Source: a virus
IMG/VR virus record: IMGVR_UViG_3300014819_000002
Location: 1-64,000 of that record
Direction: 5' to 3' (one strand)
DNA length: 64,000 nt
Every line of letters begins with the position of its first letter. Position 1 is the stretch's first letter. Under the pieces are notes generated by a model. That model did not search any database, was not told the origin of the DNA, and was given only the letters and a program-made list of their open reading frames with translations. Below, piece after piece: positions 29,999 through 38,464 of the stretch. A program made the position numbers and the translations under genes.

Positions 29999-30043
29999 GG
30001 TATTTAATTCCCTTATTTTATGGGGGATTTATGAGATTTATAC

Positions 30044-30115
30044 TTGCGGGTATAGGATTTGCACCTATGTTCTTTGCGTTATGAGCGCAACGAGTTACTA
30101 CTTCTCCAACCCGCT
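30044..30115 (-). tRNA. tRNA-Met(CAU), initiator-like
   Basis: AGCGGGU/ACCCGCA acceptor with 1:72 mismatch; UUGCG-CUCAUAA-CGCAA; AUAGG-UGCAAAU-CCUAU; CCA not encoded. Confidence 0.85.
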
Positions 30116-30146
30116 CTAATAAGATAATTCAGAAAGTTATTTTTGT

Positions 30147-30515
30147 TTAAATCCTACCGTAATCATCTTCATATCTAATAATATCTTTTTCGTCACAAAC
30201 GCCCATTTGAATTTCAATTAATTCCATATCAACAGCGGCCCAGATTCTATGTTTTTGTTTTTTTGGAACTAAAATATGACCACCAACACCTAAATGACGT
30301 TCCATATCATCTAATTGAACTCTTCCAAAACCACTAACAACAATCCAATATTCGTTACGTTGTTCATGAGATTGTAAACTCAAACAACAACCTTTTTTAA
30401 TATATAACTTTTTTATTTTGTGATTTGAGCAATCTAAAATAACTTCAAAATGTCCCCATGGACGTTCTTCGGTTATATTTTTATTATTTGTTTTTTCTTT
30501 TTTAGGGCGGGTCAT
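30147..30515 (-). CDS. Cupin, mannose-6-phosphate isomerase type II C-terminal-like
   Basis: ERPWGHF, LSLQSHEQRNEYWIVVSG, KHRI, IEIQMG, DIIRYEDDYGR. Confidence 0.85.
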   Translation of the reverse strand: MTRPKKEKTNNKNITEERPWGHFEVILDCSNHKIKKLYIKKGCCLSLQSHEQRNEYWIVVSGFGRVQLDDMERHLGVGGHILVPKKQKHRIWAAVDMELIEIQMGVCDEKDIIRYEDDYGRI

Positions 30516-30736
30516 GAATTTATATATTATAGACGATCAATAAAACTCATATCTTCTGCACCTTCTGAGAAAACAATATTGTTCATATGATTAATTAATC
30601 ATTGATCAATGTAAGTCTGTAAGACTTCTCTAATGTCATTTAAAAACATTATAGTATAATATGCATATATTATATAAAACCCATATTACTAATGCTATTT
30701 TCAATGGCAAATATTTTCGGCTATTTTCAAATGTTA

Positions 30737-31273
30737 TCATTTTGTTTTGGTAGCACCTTGTAGCCCTTGCAAGGTTGTTAATGTTTTTCGTAATTCATTC
30801 TCTGTAGCTTTGACACCAGAGGCTGCGTTATCAAACCCTTTTGATTGACGATCAATATTGTTAACAACATCATCTCGACTTTGTTCAGGTTTTGTTAAGT
30901 CTTTTGTAGCAGCAGATGCAGAACTTAATCCATCAGCAGTTTTTGCTGTGGATGATATCATATTATTTGTTTGAACCGCCATTTTATTTGCAGCAGTATT
31001 AACAGCTTTTTGATTGTTTGCAATGGTTTCAGAGTTTGATTTTACAGCATCTTCAATATTTGAAATTGAATCTTCCGTATCAGATTGTTTATCTGCACTA
31101 CTGCCAGTTCCTAATGTTGATTCAGAAGCTTTTGTTCCTGTTGATCTAGTTGATGATACTGTAGACATACTTGATCTTAATGATGTAGTGCTAGTGGTGC
31201 CTATAGTTCCCAACTCTAATATAACATTTTCAACAATTAGTCGTATATATTCCTTTAATAACTTCATATTCAT
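30737..31273 (-). CDS. Hypothetical Ser/Thr-rich protein, possible internal head protein
   Basis: N-terminal MKLLKEYIRLIVE motif. Confidence 0.55.
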   Translation of the reverse strand: MNMKLLKEYIRLIVENVILELGTIGTTSTTSLRSSMSTVSSTRSTGTKASESTLGTGSSADKQSDTEDSISNIEDAVKSNSETIANNQKAVNTAANKMAVQTNNMISSTAKTADGLSSASAATKDLTKPEQSRDDVVNNIDRQSKGFDNAASGVKATENELRKTLTTLQGLQGATKTK

Positions 31274-31707
31274 TAAATATTGGGTCGTTTAGCAGAATAT
31301 ATTTTTTCTAAGATATCGTTGCTATAAACATCTTGTTCGCCGCCTCCGATACCCCAAACACATGCAATTCCCAATTCATTACATAATTGCCGTTCTGGTG
31401 TATTTTTTTGCCCTCGTATACCTCCATTACCAAATATATTTGGTTTTAATCTTTTTAAGGCTTCGCATACTGTACCATCATGATCATCAACTGATTCAAC
31501 AAAATCAATACCCTTAATAGCTAATAAAATTTCTTTGCGTTCATGCCAAGGCATCATCACAAGACCTTTTTTCTTCATTAACCACGAATCACTATTTAAA
31601 ATGATTAATACACGTCCAAAATTTTGAGCACCCTTAATCATACGAATATGGCCAGGATGAATAATATCAAATCCACCAGATAAAGCGATTATTTGGTTTT
31701 TAATCAA
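31273..31707 (-). CDS. Cytidylyl/adenylyltransferase (TagD/RfaE-II-like)
   Basis: [26 protein letters not shown]. Confidence 0.85.
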   Translation of the reverse strand: MIKNQIIALSGGFDIIHPGHIRMIKGAQNFGRVLIILNSDSWLMKKKGLVMMPWHERKEILLAIKGIDFVESVDDHDGTVCEALKRLKPNIFGNGGIRGQKNTPERQLCNELGIACVWGIGGGEQDVYSNDILEKIYSAKRPNI

Positions 31708-32969
31708 AATTGTTCTGCCTCTGTACTATCTTTCAATGCTACCGTTGATGCACCGTTTTGCACAGTGTTCTGAATATAATCGAAATATCCAGTTCCTACA
31801 AAGCTTTGATGTTTAATTGCTCGAAAACCTTGAGCCTGCATTTCAAACTCTTTTTGTTGCAATTCAGAAAAACCTGCCATTCCATTTCGCTTATAATTCT
31901 GACTCAACTCAAACATTGAAGTATTAAGAGAATGAAAACCTGCAAGAGTAATAAACTGGAAACGATATCCCATAGCCGCTAACTCTTCACGGAATGTAAG
32001 CATCTGACCACGATCAAGATACTTAGACCAATTAAAGCTTGGAGAACAGTTATAAGCAAGTAGCTTATCTGGATATACATTATGAATGCCCTCTGCAAAG
32101 GCTCTGGCGACGTTTAAATCAGGTTTACTTGTTTCCATCCATAGAAGGTCAGAATAAGGCGCATATGCCAATCCACGAGCTATGCATTGTTGTAATCCAT
32201 TATGTACACGATAAAAACCTTCTGCCGTTCTTTCTCCGGTAAGGAATGAACGATCTCTTTCATCAATATCACTTGTTATAAGATTTGCGGCTTCACCATC
32301 TGTTCTAGCAATAATAAGAGTTGGAACATTGGATACGTCAGCAGCTAATCTTGCAGCAATAAGTTTTGCAATTGCTTCGCTCGTAGGCACAAGAACTTTA
32401 CCACCTAAATGACCACATTTCTTTGCACTAGATAATTGATCTTCAAAATGAACACCGGCAGCACCAGCTTCAATCATCATTTTCATTAACTCATAAGCAT
32501 TTAAATTGCCACCAAATCCTGCTTCTGCATCGGCTACTATAGGTTGCATCCAATCTTTACTATTATCTCCATTAACGCTATCGATCTGTTCACAACGTAG
32601 GAGAGCATTATTAATTTTTTTAATAACTGCTGGTACGCTATCTATTGGATAGAGAGATTGGTCTGGATACATATGACCAGCTAGGTTTGCATCTGCTGCT
32701 ACTTGCCAACCGCTTAGATAGATTGCTTCTAATCCGGCTGCTACTTCTTGAATTGCTTGATTTCCAGTAAGAGCACCAAGAGCAGCAACATATTCTTGAT
32801 TATTTAAACGTTGCCAAAGTTTTGTTGCTCCAAGGCGGGCTAATGTATGTTCCACCAAAACTTTACCACGAAGTTTTAAAACGTCTTCTGGTGTATATGG
32901 ACGTGTAACACCCTTCCATCTTGGATTTGTTTGCCAATCTGCCGCTAATGTTTCTTTGTTATATGTCAT
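31704..32969 (-). CDS. aceA: Isocitrate lyase
   Basis: [29 protein letters not shown], catalytic [25 protein letters not shown]; start moved to ATG 32969 because a promoter overlaps the longer start. Confidence 0.97.
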   Translation of the reverse strand: MTYNKETLAADWQTNPRWKGVTRPYTPEDVLKLRGKVLVEHTLARLGATKLWQRLNNQEYVAALGALTGNQAIQEVAAGLEAIYLSGWQVAADANLAGHMYPDQSLYPIDSVPAVIKKINNALLRCEQIDSVNGDNSKDWMQPIVADAEAGFGGNLNAYELMKMMIEAGAAGVHFEDQLSSAKKCGHLGGKVLVPTSEAIAKLIAARLAADVSNVPTLIIARTDGEAANLITSDIDERDRSFLTGERTAEGFYRVHNGLQQCIARGLAYAPYSDLLWMETSKPDLNVARAFAEGIHNVYPDKLLAYNCSPSFNWSKYLDRGQMLTFREELAAMGYRFQFITLAGFHSLNTSMFELSQNYKRNGMAGFSELQQKEFEMQAQGFRAIKHQSFVGTGYFDYIQNTVQNGASTVALKDSTEAEQF

Positions 32970-32975
32970 GTGGCT

Positions 32976-33004
32976 ATTATGACATATGCACAATTATTTG
33001 TAAA
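32976..33004 (-). promoter_or_regulatory. Extended -10 promoter, leaderless aceA transcript
   Basis: TTTACA-17 nt-(TGt)CATAAT-6 nt-ATG. Confidence 0.65.
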
Positions 33005-33037
33005 AATAAAAAGCCCGATGCTGTGCACATCGGGCTT
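33002..33037 (-). terminator. Rho-independent terminator ending the tRNA-Asn transcript
   Basis: AAGCCCGATG/CATCGGGCTT 10-bp stem plus U-tract. Confidence 0.85.
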
Positions 33038-33039
33038 AA

Positions 33040-33205
33040 AAAGAGATAGTGTAGTCCTGATATCAAAGGGGCTCGTTCCCTCCATCGGTGTCTACTGCGC
33101 TGCTATCACAACGAGCCTTCCAGGCTTTGGGGCTTTTTTTACGGAAGCTACTCCGCTTCATTCATAAGGAAACCAACCTTATTAGCCATACAGCTTATAT
33201 GACAC
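33040..33205 (-). ncRNA. Candidate structured RNA between tRNA-Asn and terminator
   Basis: Several hairpins and a nested long stem; no credible ORF. Confidence 0.35.
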
Positions 33206-33211
33206 GTCAAA

Positions 33212-33490
33212 CTCCATTTCCTGGACTCGAACCAGGGACCATTCGGTTACTTTGCCACTATAGTTTTCACTACCCTTTCGGTTTGTGGTCTGGACTATAC
33301 CATTACCCTCGTCTTTCTCGTTAGGGTATTGCCCCTCTAGTCTCTACACCTTCCTTTTGGGCTTGGCTCGGGATTGTCATCAGCTTTACCTGTTAAGAGT
33401 TCCCCGAATTTGGGCAATTTTTCATTCATAAATTTCTTAATGAAGCTGCTAACTGACAGCCGAACGCTCTACCAACTGAGCTAAAATGGA
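33212..33490 (-). tRNA. tRNA-Asn(GUU), intron-containing (exons 33456..33490 and 33212..33249)
   Basis: Joined exons give a canonical 73-nt cloverleaf: UCCAUUU/AAAUGGA, GCUC-AGUUGGUA-GAGC, UUCGG-CUGUUAA-CCGAA, CCUGG-UUCGAGU-CCAGG, G73. Confidence 0.93.
33250..33455 (-). mobile_element. Group I intron (IC3-like, 206 nt, no ORF) between tRNA positions 35 and 36
   Basis: P1 GCUGU/GCAGC with U-G at 5' splice site; P AAAUUCGGGGAA, Q AAUCCCGAGC, R GUAGAGACUAG, S GUAUAGUCC; terminal G. Confidence 0.92.
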
Positions 33491-33506
33491 ATACTAATCT
33501 AATAAA

Positions 33507-34070
33507 CTATTTTAAGTTTAACTTTTTTAACCTCTTATGTATAGCAACATCTGAACAACCTAACTTCTCTGCTATTTTTACTATGGATAGTTTTTCCAAC
33601 AACTGAGGTAAATCAACATTGTCCCAATCGATCTTTCTAGCTAATTTACCTCCACATTGAACTGAACATGTTTTTTGTTGTTTTGGTTTTAAACCTTCAC
33701 AAACTAGACATTTATCAAGAAATAAATTATTTCTCTTATAATTTGCATATTCTTCATTAAATGAAGAAATATTTTCTGGTAATGAAATTATATTTTCATG
33801 TATCTCAGTATGACATATATGGCATAATAAAACGCATTTTCTCAATTCTTCTGTGATTTTATTCCAAGATTTAGGATTTGCTCTTACGCCACCTAAACTA
33901 AAATCTTTTTTAGTTGGATCTTTATGGTGCAAAGCTAAGTTTGATAAACAACGATCATATCCGCAAATTTGACACTTGCCACCCATCGATTCAACAATTC
34001 TTTTTTTTGTATTAAATCGCCATAGCTTTACTTTTTCTGATTGTGAAGACAATAATGCACTATCTTTCAT
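33507..34070 (-). CDS. HNH endonuclease with C-terminal zinc finger and HTH
   Basis: CQICGY...LHHKDP...LLCHICHTEIH; C-terminal IAEKLGCSDVAIHKRL. Confidence 0.85.
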   Translation of the reverse strand: MKDSALLSSQSEKVKLWRFNTKKRIVESMGGKCQICGYDRCLSNLALHHKDPTKKDFSLGGVRANPKSWNKITEELRKCVLLCHICHTEIHENIISLPENISSFNEEYANYKRNNLFLDKCLVCEGLKPKQQKTCSVQCGGKLARKIDWDNVDLPQLLEKLSIVKIAEKLGCSDVAIHKRLKKLNLK

Positions 34071-34219
34071 GTGTTAAGATATACGGAGTCACAGCAAATA
34101 TTATATATCAGTTAGAAGAAAACATATTTGGATTACCAATTATCCTATCTGCCAATATAAACCCAGCATATCATATATCGCACATATTTTATACTGAGTT
34201 CATAAAAATGATAGTTACG

Positions 34220-34556
34220 AGATCCCTCTAAACATAAGAAGTGGATTTTGCTCGCTTAACGCTACTATCTGCGTTCTCTTTCCCGAGAAGGGGCTTTTTC
34301 TCCCATTTATATCATGAAAGGAATGTCATAACTTTAGTGGGCAATTCAGGTCGCTTCTGAACCTCCTTAATCATCATGTTAAGGATAACATTATATAACC
34401 GACTTGCATATATATGCTTTTCTTTATAACCTATTTTGATTATCCATTAATTTCTGGATAATGGTAATAAATACTTACGGTTCCTTTTATCCCATATATA
34501 TCGAACCTTTATTTAAATGATGACCGGTTCATTAATCGTAGGGATAGAATCTTTCT
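34220..34556 (-). ncRNA. Candidate large structured ncRNA (about 335 nt)
   Basis: ORF-free region downstream of tRNA-Ala with about eight stems and complementary ends. Confidence 0.5.
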
Positions 34557-34569
34557 CTGTTTTCAATAT

Positions 34570-34645
34570 TGGACCTTGTGGGTAATGCTCCCACCTGAGC
34601 TTCTGTGTGCAAAACAGACGACCACCCTATGCAGTCCCAAGGCCC
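34570..34645 (-). tRNA. tRNA-Ala(UGC) with atypical T-loop
   Basis: GGGCCUU/AAGGUCC with G3-U70, A73; UCUGU-UUUGCAC-ACAGA; GUGGG-AGCAUUA-CCCAC. Confidence 0.85.
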
Positions 34646-34690
34646 AATATCTCAATGATATATCAGATATATTTTTATGTTTAAACTAAA

Positions 34691-34768
34691 TTAACCTATG
34701 AAGTAAGCAGTAGCGACGGTAACAAAAAATGCAACACCAACAATAATCATCATTGATCGATCTTCCAT
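34691..34768 (-). CDS. 25-aa single-pass membrane peptide
   Basis: MEDRSMMIIVGVAFFVTVATAYFIG with GAGGAG SD. Confidence 0.5.
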   Translation of the reverse strand: MEDRSMMIIVGVAFFVTVATAYFIG

Positions 34769-34778
34769 AGATATCTCC

Positions 34779-35597
34779 TCATTTCTTATTTTCAATTACT
34801 TTTTTAGTCTTGGCACCACCAGGAATACGAGTCTTATCATTAAGACGACGCAAATTACGATTATGTACATTTCTTAGCGTATAGAAAGTGTTCTCTGCTT
34901 CACTAAAAAGCTTATTTGCTTCCATTGCAGAAGAAATGTTACCAATACGATTACGGAATGTCTCCAGTTTTGCAGTCAAAGAACTAATCGCCATTGCGAT
35001 ATCCATAATGGCTTGAGTCTTTTCTGCTTTTCGAGCGGCAACATAATCATTAATGCTATCTACATCGAGAGATCTCTTCAACTCTGCCACTTTACGACGC
35101 TTTAGTTCAAGCCATGCATTTGCATATTGTTGCTTAAGTATCTTAAGCAATTTCATATGCCGTTCATTACAATTCCATCGATTAGCATCGGCTCTTAACC
35201 ATATCTCGATAGGTCTAATAGCATAATTATTACCATGAGGCGAATATGGTATCGCTGGCTTTTGAATATCAGTTAAAAGCTCAGAATTTGCAGCATCTAC
35301 TGCATACTTGACCATATATTGATGCGTTATATTATCTTTGAAAAAATAAAGAGGCTTGGCAGGTATACCACTTTCATCAAAAACATGATTAAATACAATA
35401 TTCTGACAATATTGGTCTTCAATCAAATTGTTAAATCCATAAGAATTATATGAATAATAATTCTTATAACGAAATTTGTTGAGAGTGTCAATCTTTTCAA
35501 GAGTTGTTTTATTACTGAACTTTGAGCTATTAATGAGTTCGTCTAACGTTTTAGAACGTTCAATAACAAAAGGCAATATATTCTTTTTGCGGGCCAT
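34779..35597 (-). CDS. Hypothetical protein
   Basis: 272-aa ORF. Confidence 0.55.
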   Translation of the reverse strand: MARKKNILPFVIERSKTLDELINSSKFSNKTTLEKIDTLNKFRYKNYYSYNSYGFNNLIEDQYCQNIVFNHVFDESGIPAKPLYFFKDNITHQYMVKYAVDAANSELLTDIQKPAIPYSPHGNNYAIRPIEIWLRADANRWNCNERHMKLLKILKQQYANAWLELKRRKVAELKRSLDVDSINDYVAARKAEKTQAIMDIAMAISSLTAKLETFRNRIGNISSAMEANKLFSEAENTFYTLRNVHNRNLRRLNDKTRIPGGAKTKKVIENKK

Positions 35598-35608
35598 TTT
35601 TTCTTTCT

Positions 35609-36034
35609 TTATATGATTGGTTTACAGATTGTACGAGGACTTACGTTAGCTGGGAATGCAAACCAGCCAGTTTTTTCTCCACAAAGAACCTTAATTTGAT
35701 AATGAAAATATAACTGAGATGGAAGCCCTTTATCTTCTTTATGGGGAAGAAGAGTTTGATACAGAGGTGGCCGTAGCAAAATAAAAACCGTATTTTTATC
35801 AATCTTATTATTGATATGATTTCCGTTGTTTAACGGATTAAAAACTGACGTATATGATGAATCAATCCAACGAATATTCCGACGACGATGAAATGATTTT
35901 TTGCTTTCAATCAAATCTAATTGAAATGCGTAAAGCGTTTTTGCATAACGGAGCATATATGCTCGGCCCACTTTCCAAAAACGTTTACCGCCTGGTATCT
36001 GATCGATATGACCGATTTTTGAAGACACTACCAA
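35609..36034 (-). CDS. Hypothetical protein
   Basis: ORF in operon. Confidence 0.45.
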   Translation of the reverse strand: MVVSSKIGHIDQIPGGKRFWKVGRAYMLRYAKTLYAFQLDLIESKKSFHRRRNIRWIDSSYTSVFNPLNNGNHINNKIDKNTVFILLRPPLYQTLLPHKEDKGLPSQLYFHYQIKVLCGEKTGWFAFPANVSPRTICKPII

Positions 36035-36180
36035 TTCTCCAAAATTCGGTATTCATACTTCTTCGCCTTTTCTCGACGACGACGCCGATCACGCATAACG
36101 TCACCCTTCATATGAAGGATCATGAATTCAGTGATGGCAGACCGCCGCTTAGGCTCATTTTGTTTACGCTTATTGGACAT
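36028..36180 (-). CDS. 50-aa basic protein, leaderless
   Basis: Manual translation MSNKRKQNEPKRRSAITEFMILHMKGDVMRDRRRRREKAKKYEYRILENW; promoter TTTAAA-17-TATTAT at 36187..36215, 6 nt before ATG. Confidence 0.55.
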   Translation of the reverse strand: MSNKRKQNEPKRRSAITEFMILHMKGDVMRDRRRRREKAKKYEYRILENW

Positions 36181-36385
36181 ATGACTATAATATCATTATA
36201 TGTATAAGGTTTAAAGTATTTTTCAGTCCTTGAATCCCAGCATAGAAACAACGCAAAACGGATAAAGCAGAAAAAACCCTATCAATCGGATCAATTGATG
36301 TTTAGATTGCAAAAGAAAATAACCTCCCCAAGCAAATGGAAAAGTTAATGACATTAACACGATTGAAATGAGATATAGCATTTAA

Positions 36386-36460
36386 TGACCCCAACGGGGT
36401 ATGATCCCGTAGTCTCACGCCTTGAAAGGGCGGTGATTTAGCCAATTAATCTATGGGGCC
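36386..36460 (-). tRNA. tRNA-Glu(UUC) with atypical T-loop
   Basis: GGCCCCA/UGGGGUC; GAUU/AAUC D-stem; CGCC-CUUUCAA-GGCG; ACGGG-AUCAUAC-CCCGU; promoter at 36473..36501. Confidence 0.88.
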
Positions 36461-36501
36461 ATCAATGTATAGAATATAGCAAGGTAATTTCGGTTTGTAA
36501 A

Positions 36502-36735
36502 CTATTTTTTAGATGCCCACCAAATTAATATCCAGTAAATAACTGCTGTGGAGCAACTAAACCCTGAGATTAAAAAAGTAAAGGCGGCTGTAATATCTCC
36601 TTGAAGATACTGATTAGCCGCCATTACAAATTGAAACAACATCATGAATACGTTTATTGCAAGATTTAATCCTGGATGTTTTAAAACTTTCAATAGAGTT
36701 ACCGACATATGTTTAATTAATCTGGTAAACTCCAA
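36502..36735 (-). CDS. Small two-TM membrane protein
   Basis: Two hydrophobic segments, basic C-terminus. Confidence 0.45.
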   Translation of the reverse strand: MEFTRLIKHMSVTLLKVLKHPGLNLAINVFMMLFQFVMAANQYLQGDITAAFTFLISGFSCSTAVIYWILIWWASKK

Positions 36736-37364
36736 AATTGATTTAATGTTTCACCACATTCTATAGGTGTCCATCCATTTCTGATATGTCTATTTCTACG
36801 AAAATATCTTGCACCCCAATGGTCAATACGTACACCGCAAGGATTTTCTGGACGTGTTCTCAATAACATTCCAACATGTTCATAAACTTGCCGGAATCCT
36901 TCACGTCTTGTAGACCATGAAATTGATGCAACTTCTCTCCAACCACGTGGTTCTCGAAAATCTGAACGTAAATGTGCAATCCACCGATGATTGTCTGTAC
37001 GTTCTAAATCAAAGGATTTTGGAGCATATGCTCTCATTATTCCCATAGTTATTTCTCCGCTATCACTTCGAGTTCTTAATGCATGATATATCATATTGCA
37101 ATCATTTGTTCGAACTTGAAATCCGGATTCACTTATACAAATACGTGACAGAGCTAGCTGTATGTCTCTATTAATTGATATAGCTAATTGATTTTGTGTT
37201 TCTGTTTCATAGAAACTTTCATCGACACACATATTGATTGAATCAATACAAGATACTGTTTCTGGTTCTAATGCATATACTGTATCTTGCACATTTTCAC
37301 AGTGATTATGCATTGTATTGCCAAATAACAAAAACATTATTATAGCAATCGACATTTTTTTCAT
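36717..37364 (-). CDS. Secreted protein, possible SleB-like cell wall hydrolase
   Basis: Signal peptide; LALSRICISES resembles the LAR....E catalytic helix; AGGAG SD. Confidence 0.45.
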   Translation of the reverse strand: MKKMSIAIIMFLLFGNTMHNHCENVQDTVYALEPETVSCIDSINMCVDESFYETETQNQLAISINRDIQLALSRICISESGFQVRTNDCNMIYHALRTRSDSGEITMGIMRAYAPKSFDLERTDNHRWIAHLRSDFREPRGWREVASISWSTRREGFRQVYEHVGMLLRTRPENPCGVRIDHWGARYFRRNRHIRNGWTPIECGETLNQFWSLPD

Positions 37365-37378
37365 ATAATCTCCTAAAA

Positions 37379-37406
37379 CAAAAATCCGGCTTAAATATAG
37401 CCGGAT
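37379..37406 (-). terminator. Rho-independent terminator
   Basis: ATCCGGCT...AGCCGGAT plus U-tract on minus strand. Confidence 0.7.
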
Positions 37407-37429
37407 CGTAAAAAGATATATATTATATA

Positions 37430-37906
37430 TTAACCGCTCAAGAAATGACCACGTGCATTATTTCTTAGCCGTTCAAAATTATTGGGAAACACTCGACGAA
37501 AAAGATTGACGCTCCAACGACATGCCTCTCGTTCACTTCTACCCTTGAGGGCATGACCCCATTCATGCAAAAACGTAAGTACGGAAAGACGACCATGAAG
37601 AGTAATAGTTCTAGAAATCGGATTATAATTGGACTGTCCAGAATGACTATTCTCCAAAATCGAAGGATGACACCGAAATTTAACATCAATCCCGTATATC
37701 TCACAAAGAGAGAGATGCAATTTGCAGAATTTAGTAATTCGACTATCTAGATCGCCTTTCCATGGATTCAAACGCTTGAATCTCTTAAGAGCATTGATTG
37801 TCTCTTTCCTATAGTTTACATCGTCAATAATTTCTTCTAGAGACGATGGATAATCAGTAACGGCGTCGGAGGTCATATTTAACGGTTTCCAACAAACATG
37901 TTGCAA
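37430..37906 (-). CDS. Zincin-like HExxH protein
   Basis: TFLHEWGHAL followed by SEREAC; start may be the internal MTSD. Confidence 0.6.
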   Translation of the reverse strand: MQHVCWKPLNMTSDAVTDYPSSLEEIIDDVNYRKETINALKRFKRLNPWKGDLDSRITKFCKLHLSLCEIYGIDVKFRCHPSILENSHSGQSNYNPISRTITLHGRLSVLTFLHEWGHALKGRSEREACRWSVNLFRRVFPNNFERLRNNARGHFLSG

Positions 37907-37930
37907 AAAGAAAAAACAAAAAAATATGCA

Positions 37931-38398
37931 TCAATCCCCACTATCAATTTGGAAAACATGTCCACAATCGTTGCATTGATATTCATTATAACAACGACCG
38001 AGATTTCGGACGTGGCGATGATTACGATGATTACAAGAAACAAGAGCCTTGAGCCGGAAATCATTGAGACGATTCAATGTCGGTCCAATATCATCAACCT
38101 GATTAACCACAAAACGTTCGATCTTACCTGACATTGTGGCATCAGTCACAATGACCAGAATTCGCATTCCACCAAAACGCATCACATTCTCATGTCGCTC
38201 ATACAGCGGATATGCTTGGAAACACCATGCGGGAACCACGTGGGCGGCAGACGGAGCTGCAAATGAAGGTTTATAAGCCGACTCATTCCATGGTTGAGGA
38301 TTGGGACATGGAAGCTTCACGTCACCCCGATCACGGAGAGTGACAAAAATATCGGCAATGTAATTTCCAAACTGTTCGACGGTATCAAATTGATTCAT
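37931..38398 (-). CDS. Hypothetical protein with C-terminal zinc ribbon, leaderless
   Basis: CNH...CNDCG; promoter TTGAAA-16-TATCAT at 38405..38432, 6 nt before ATG. Confidence 0.55.
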   Translation of the reverse strand: MNQFDTVEQFGNYIADIFVTLRDRGDVKLPCPNPQPWNESAYKPSFAAPSAAHVVPAWCFQAYPLYERHENVMRFGGMRILVIVTDATMSGKIERFVVNQVDDIGPTLNRLNDFRLKALVSCNHRNHRHVRNLGRCYNEYQCNDCGHVFQIDSGD

Positions 38399-38464
38399 AT
38401 GTTCATGATATCACATATAAGAAATATTTCAAGTAATATAATTTATCCAGAATTATTGTTAAAT

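Noticed and set aside
33040-33205. SRP RNA or hammerhead assignment
   Set aside because: GGAA loop lacks the SRP helix-8 context; no CUGAUGA/GAAA core
33088-33324. Plus-strand ORFs over the RNA cluster (also 38605..38808, 29922..30119)
   Set aside because: Antisense to tRNA, intron or tmRNA genes that explain the sequence
34085-34153. tRNA-His-like fragments upstream of the HNH (GGAU-AAUUGGUA-AUCC D-arm-like hairpin and CUGUGAC)
   Set aside because: No anticodon stem pairing, T-arm or 3' acceptor strand; at best a relic
34220-34556. RNase P RNA assignment for the structured region
   Set aside because: GAGAAAG and GAGCAA resemble conserved regions but P4 pairing and motif order do not fit
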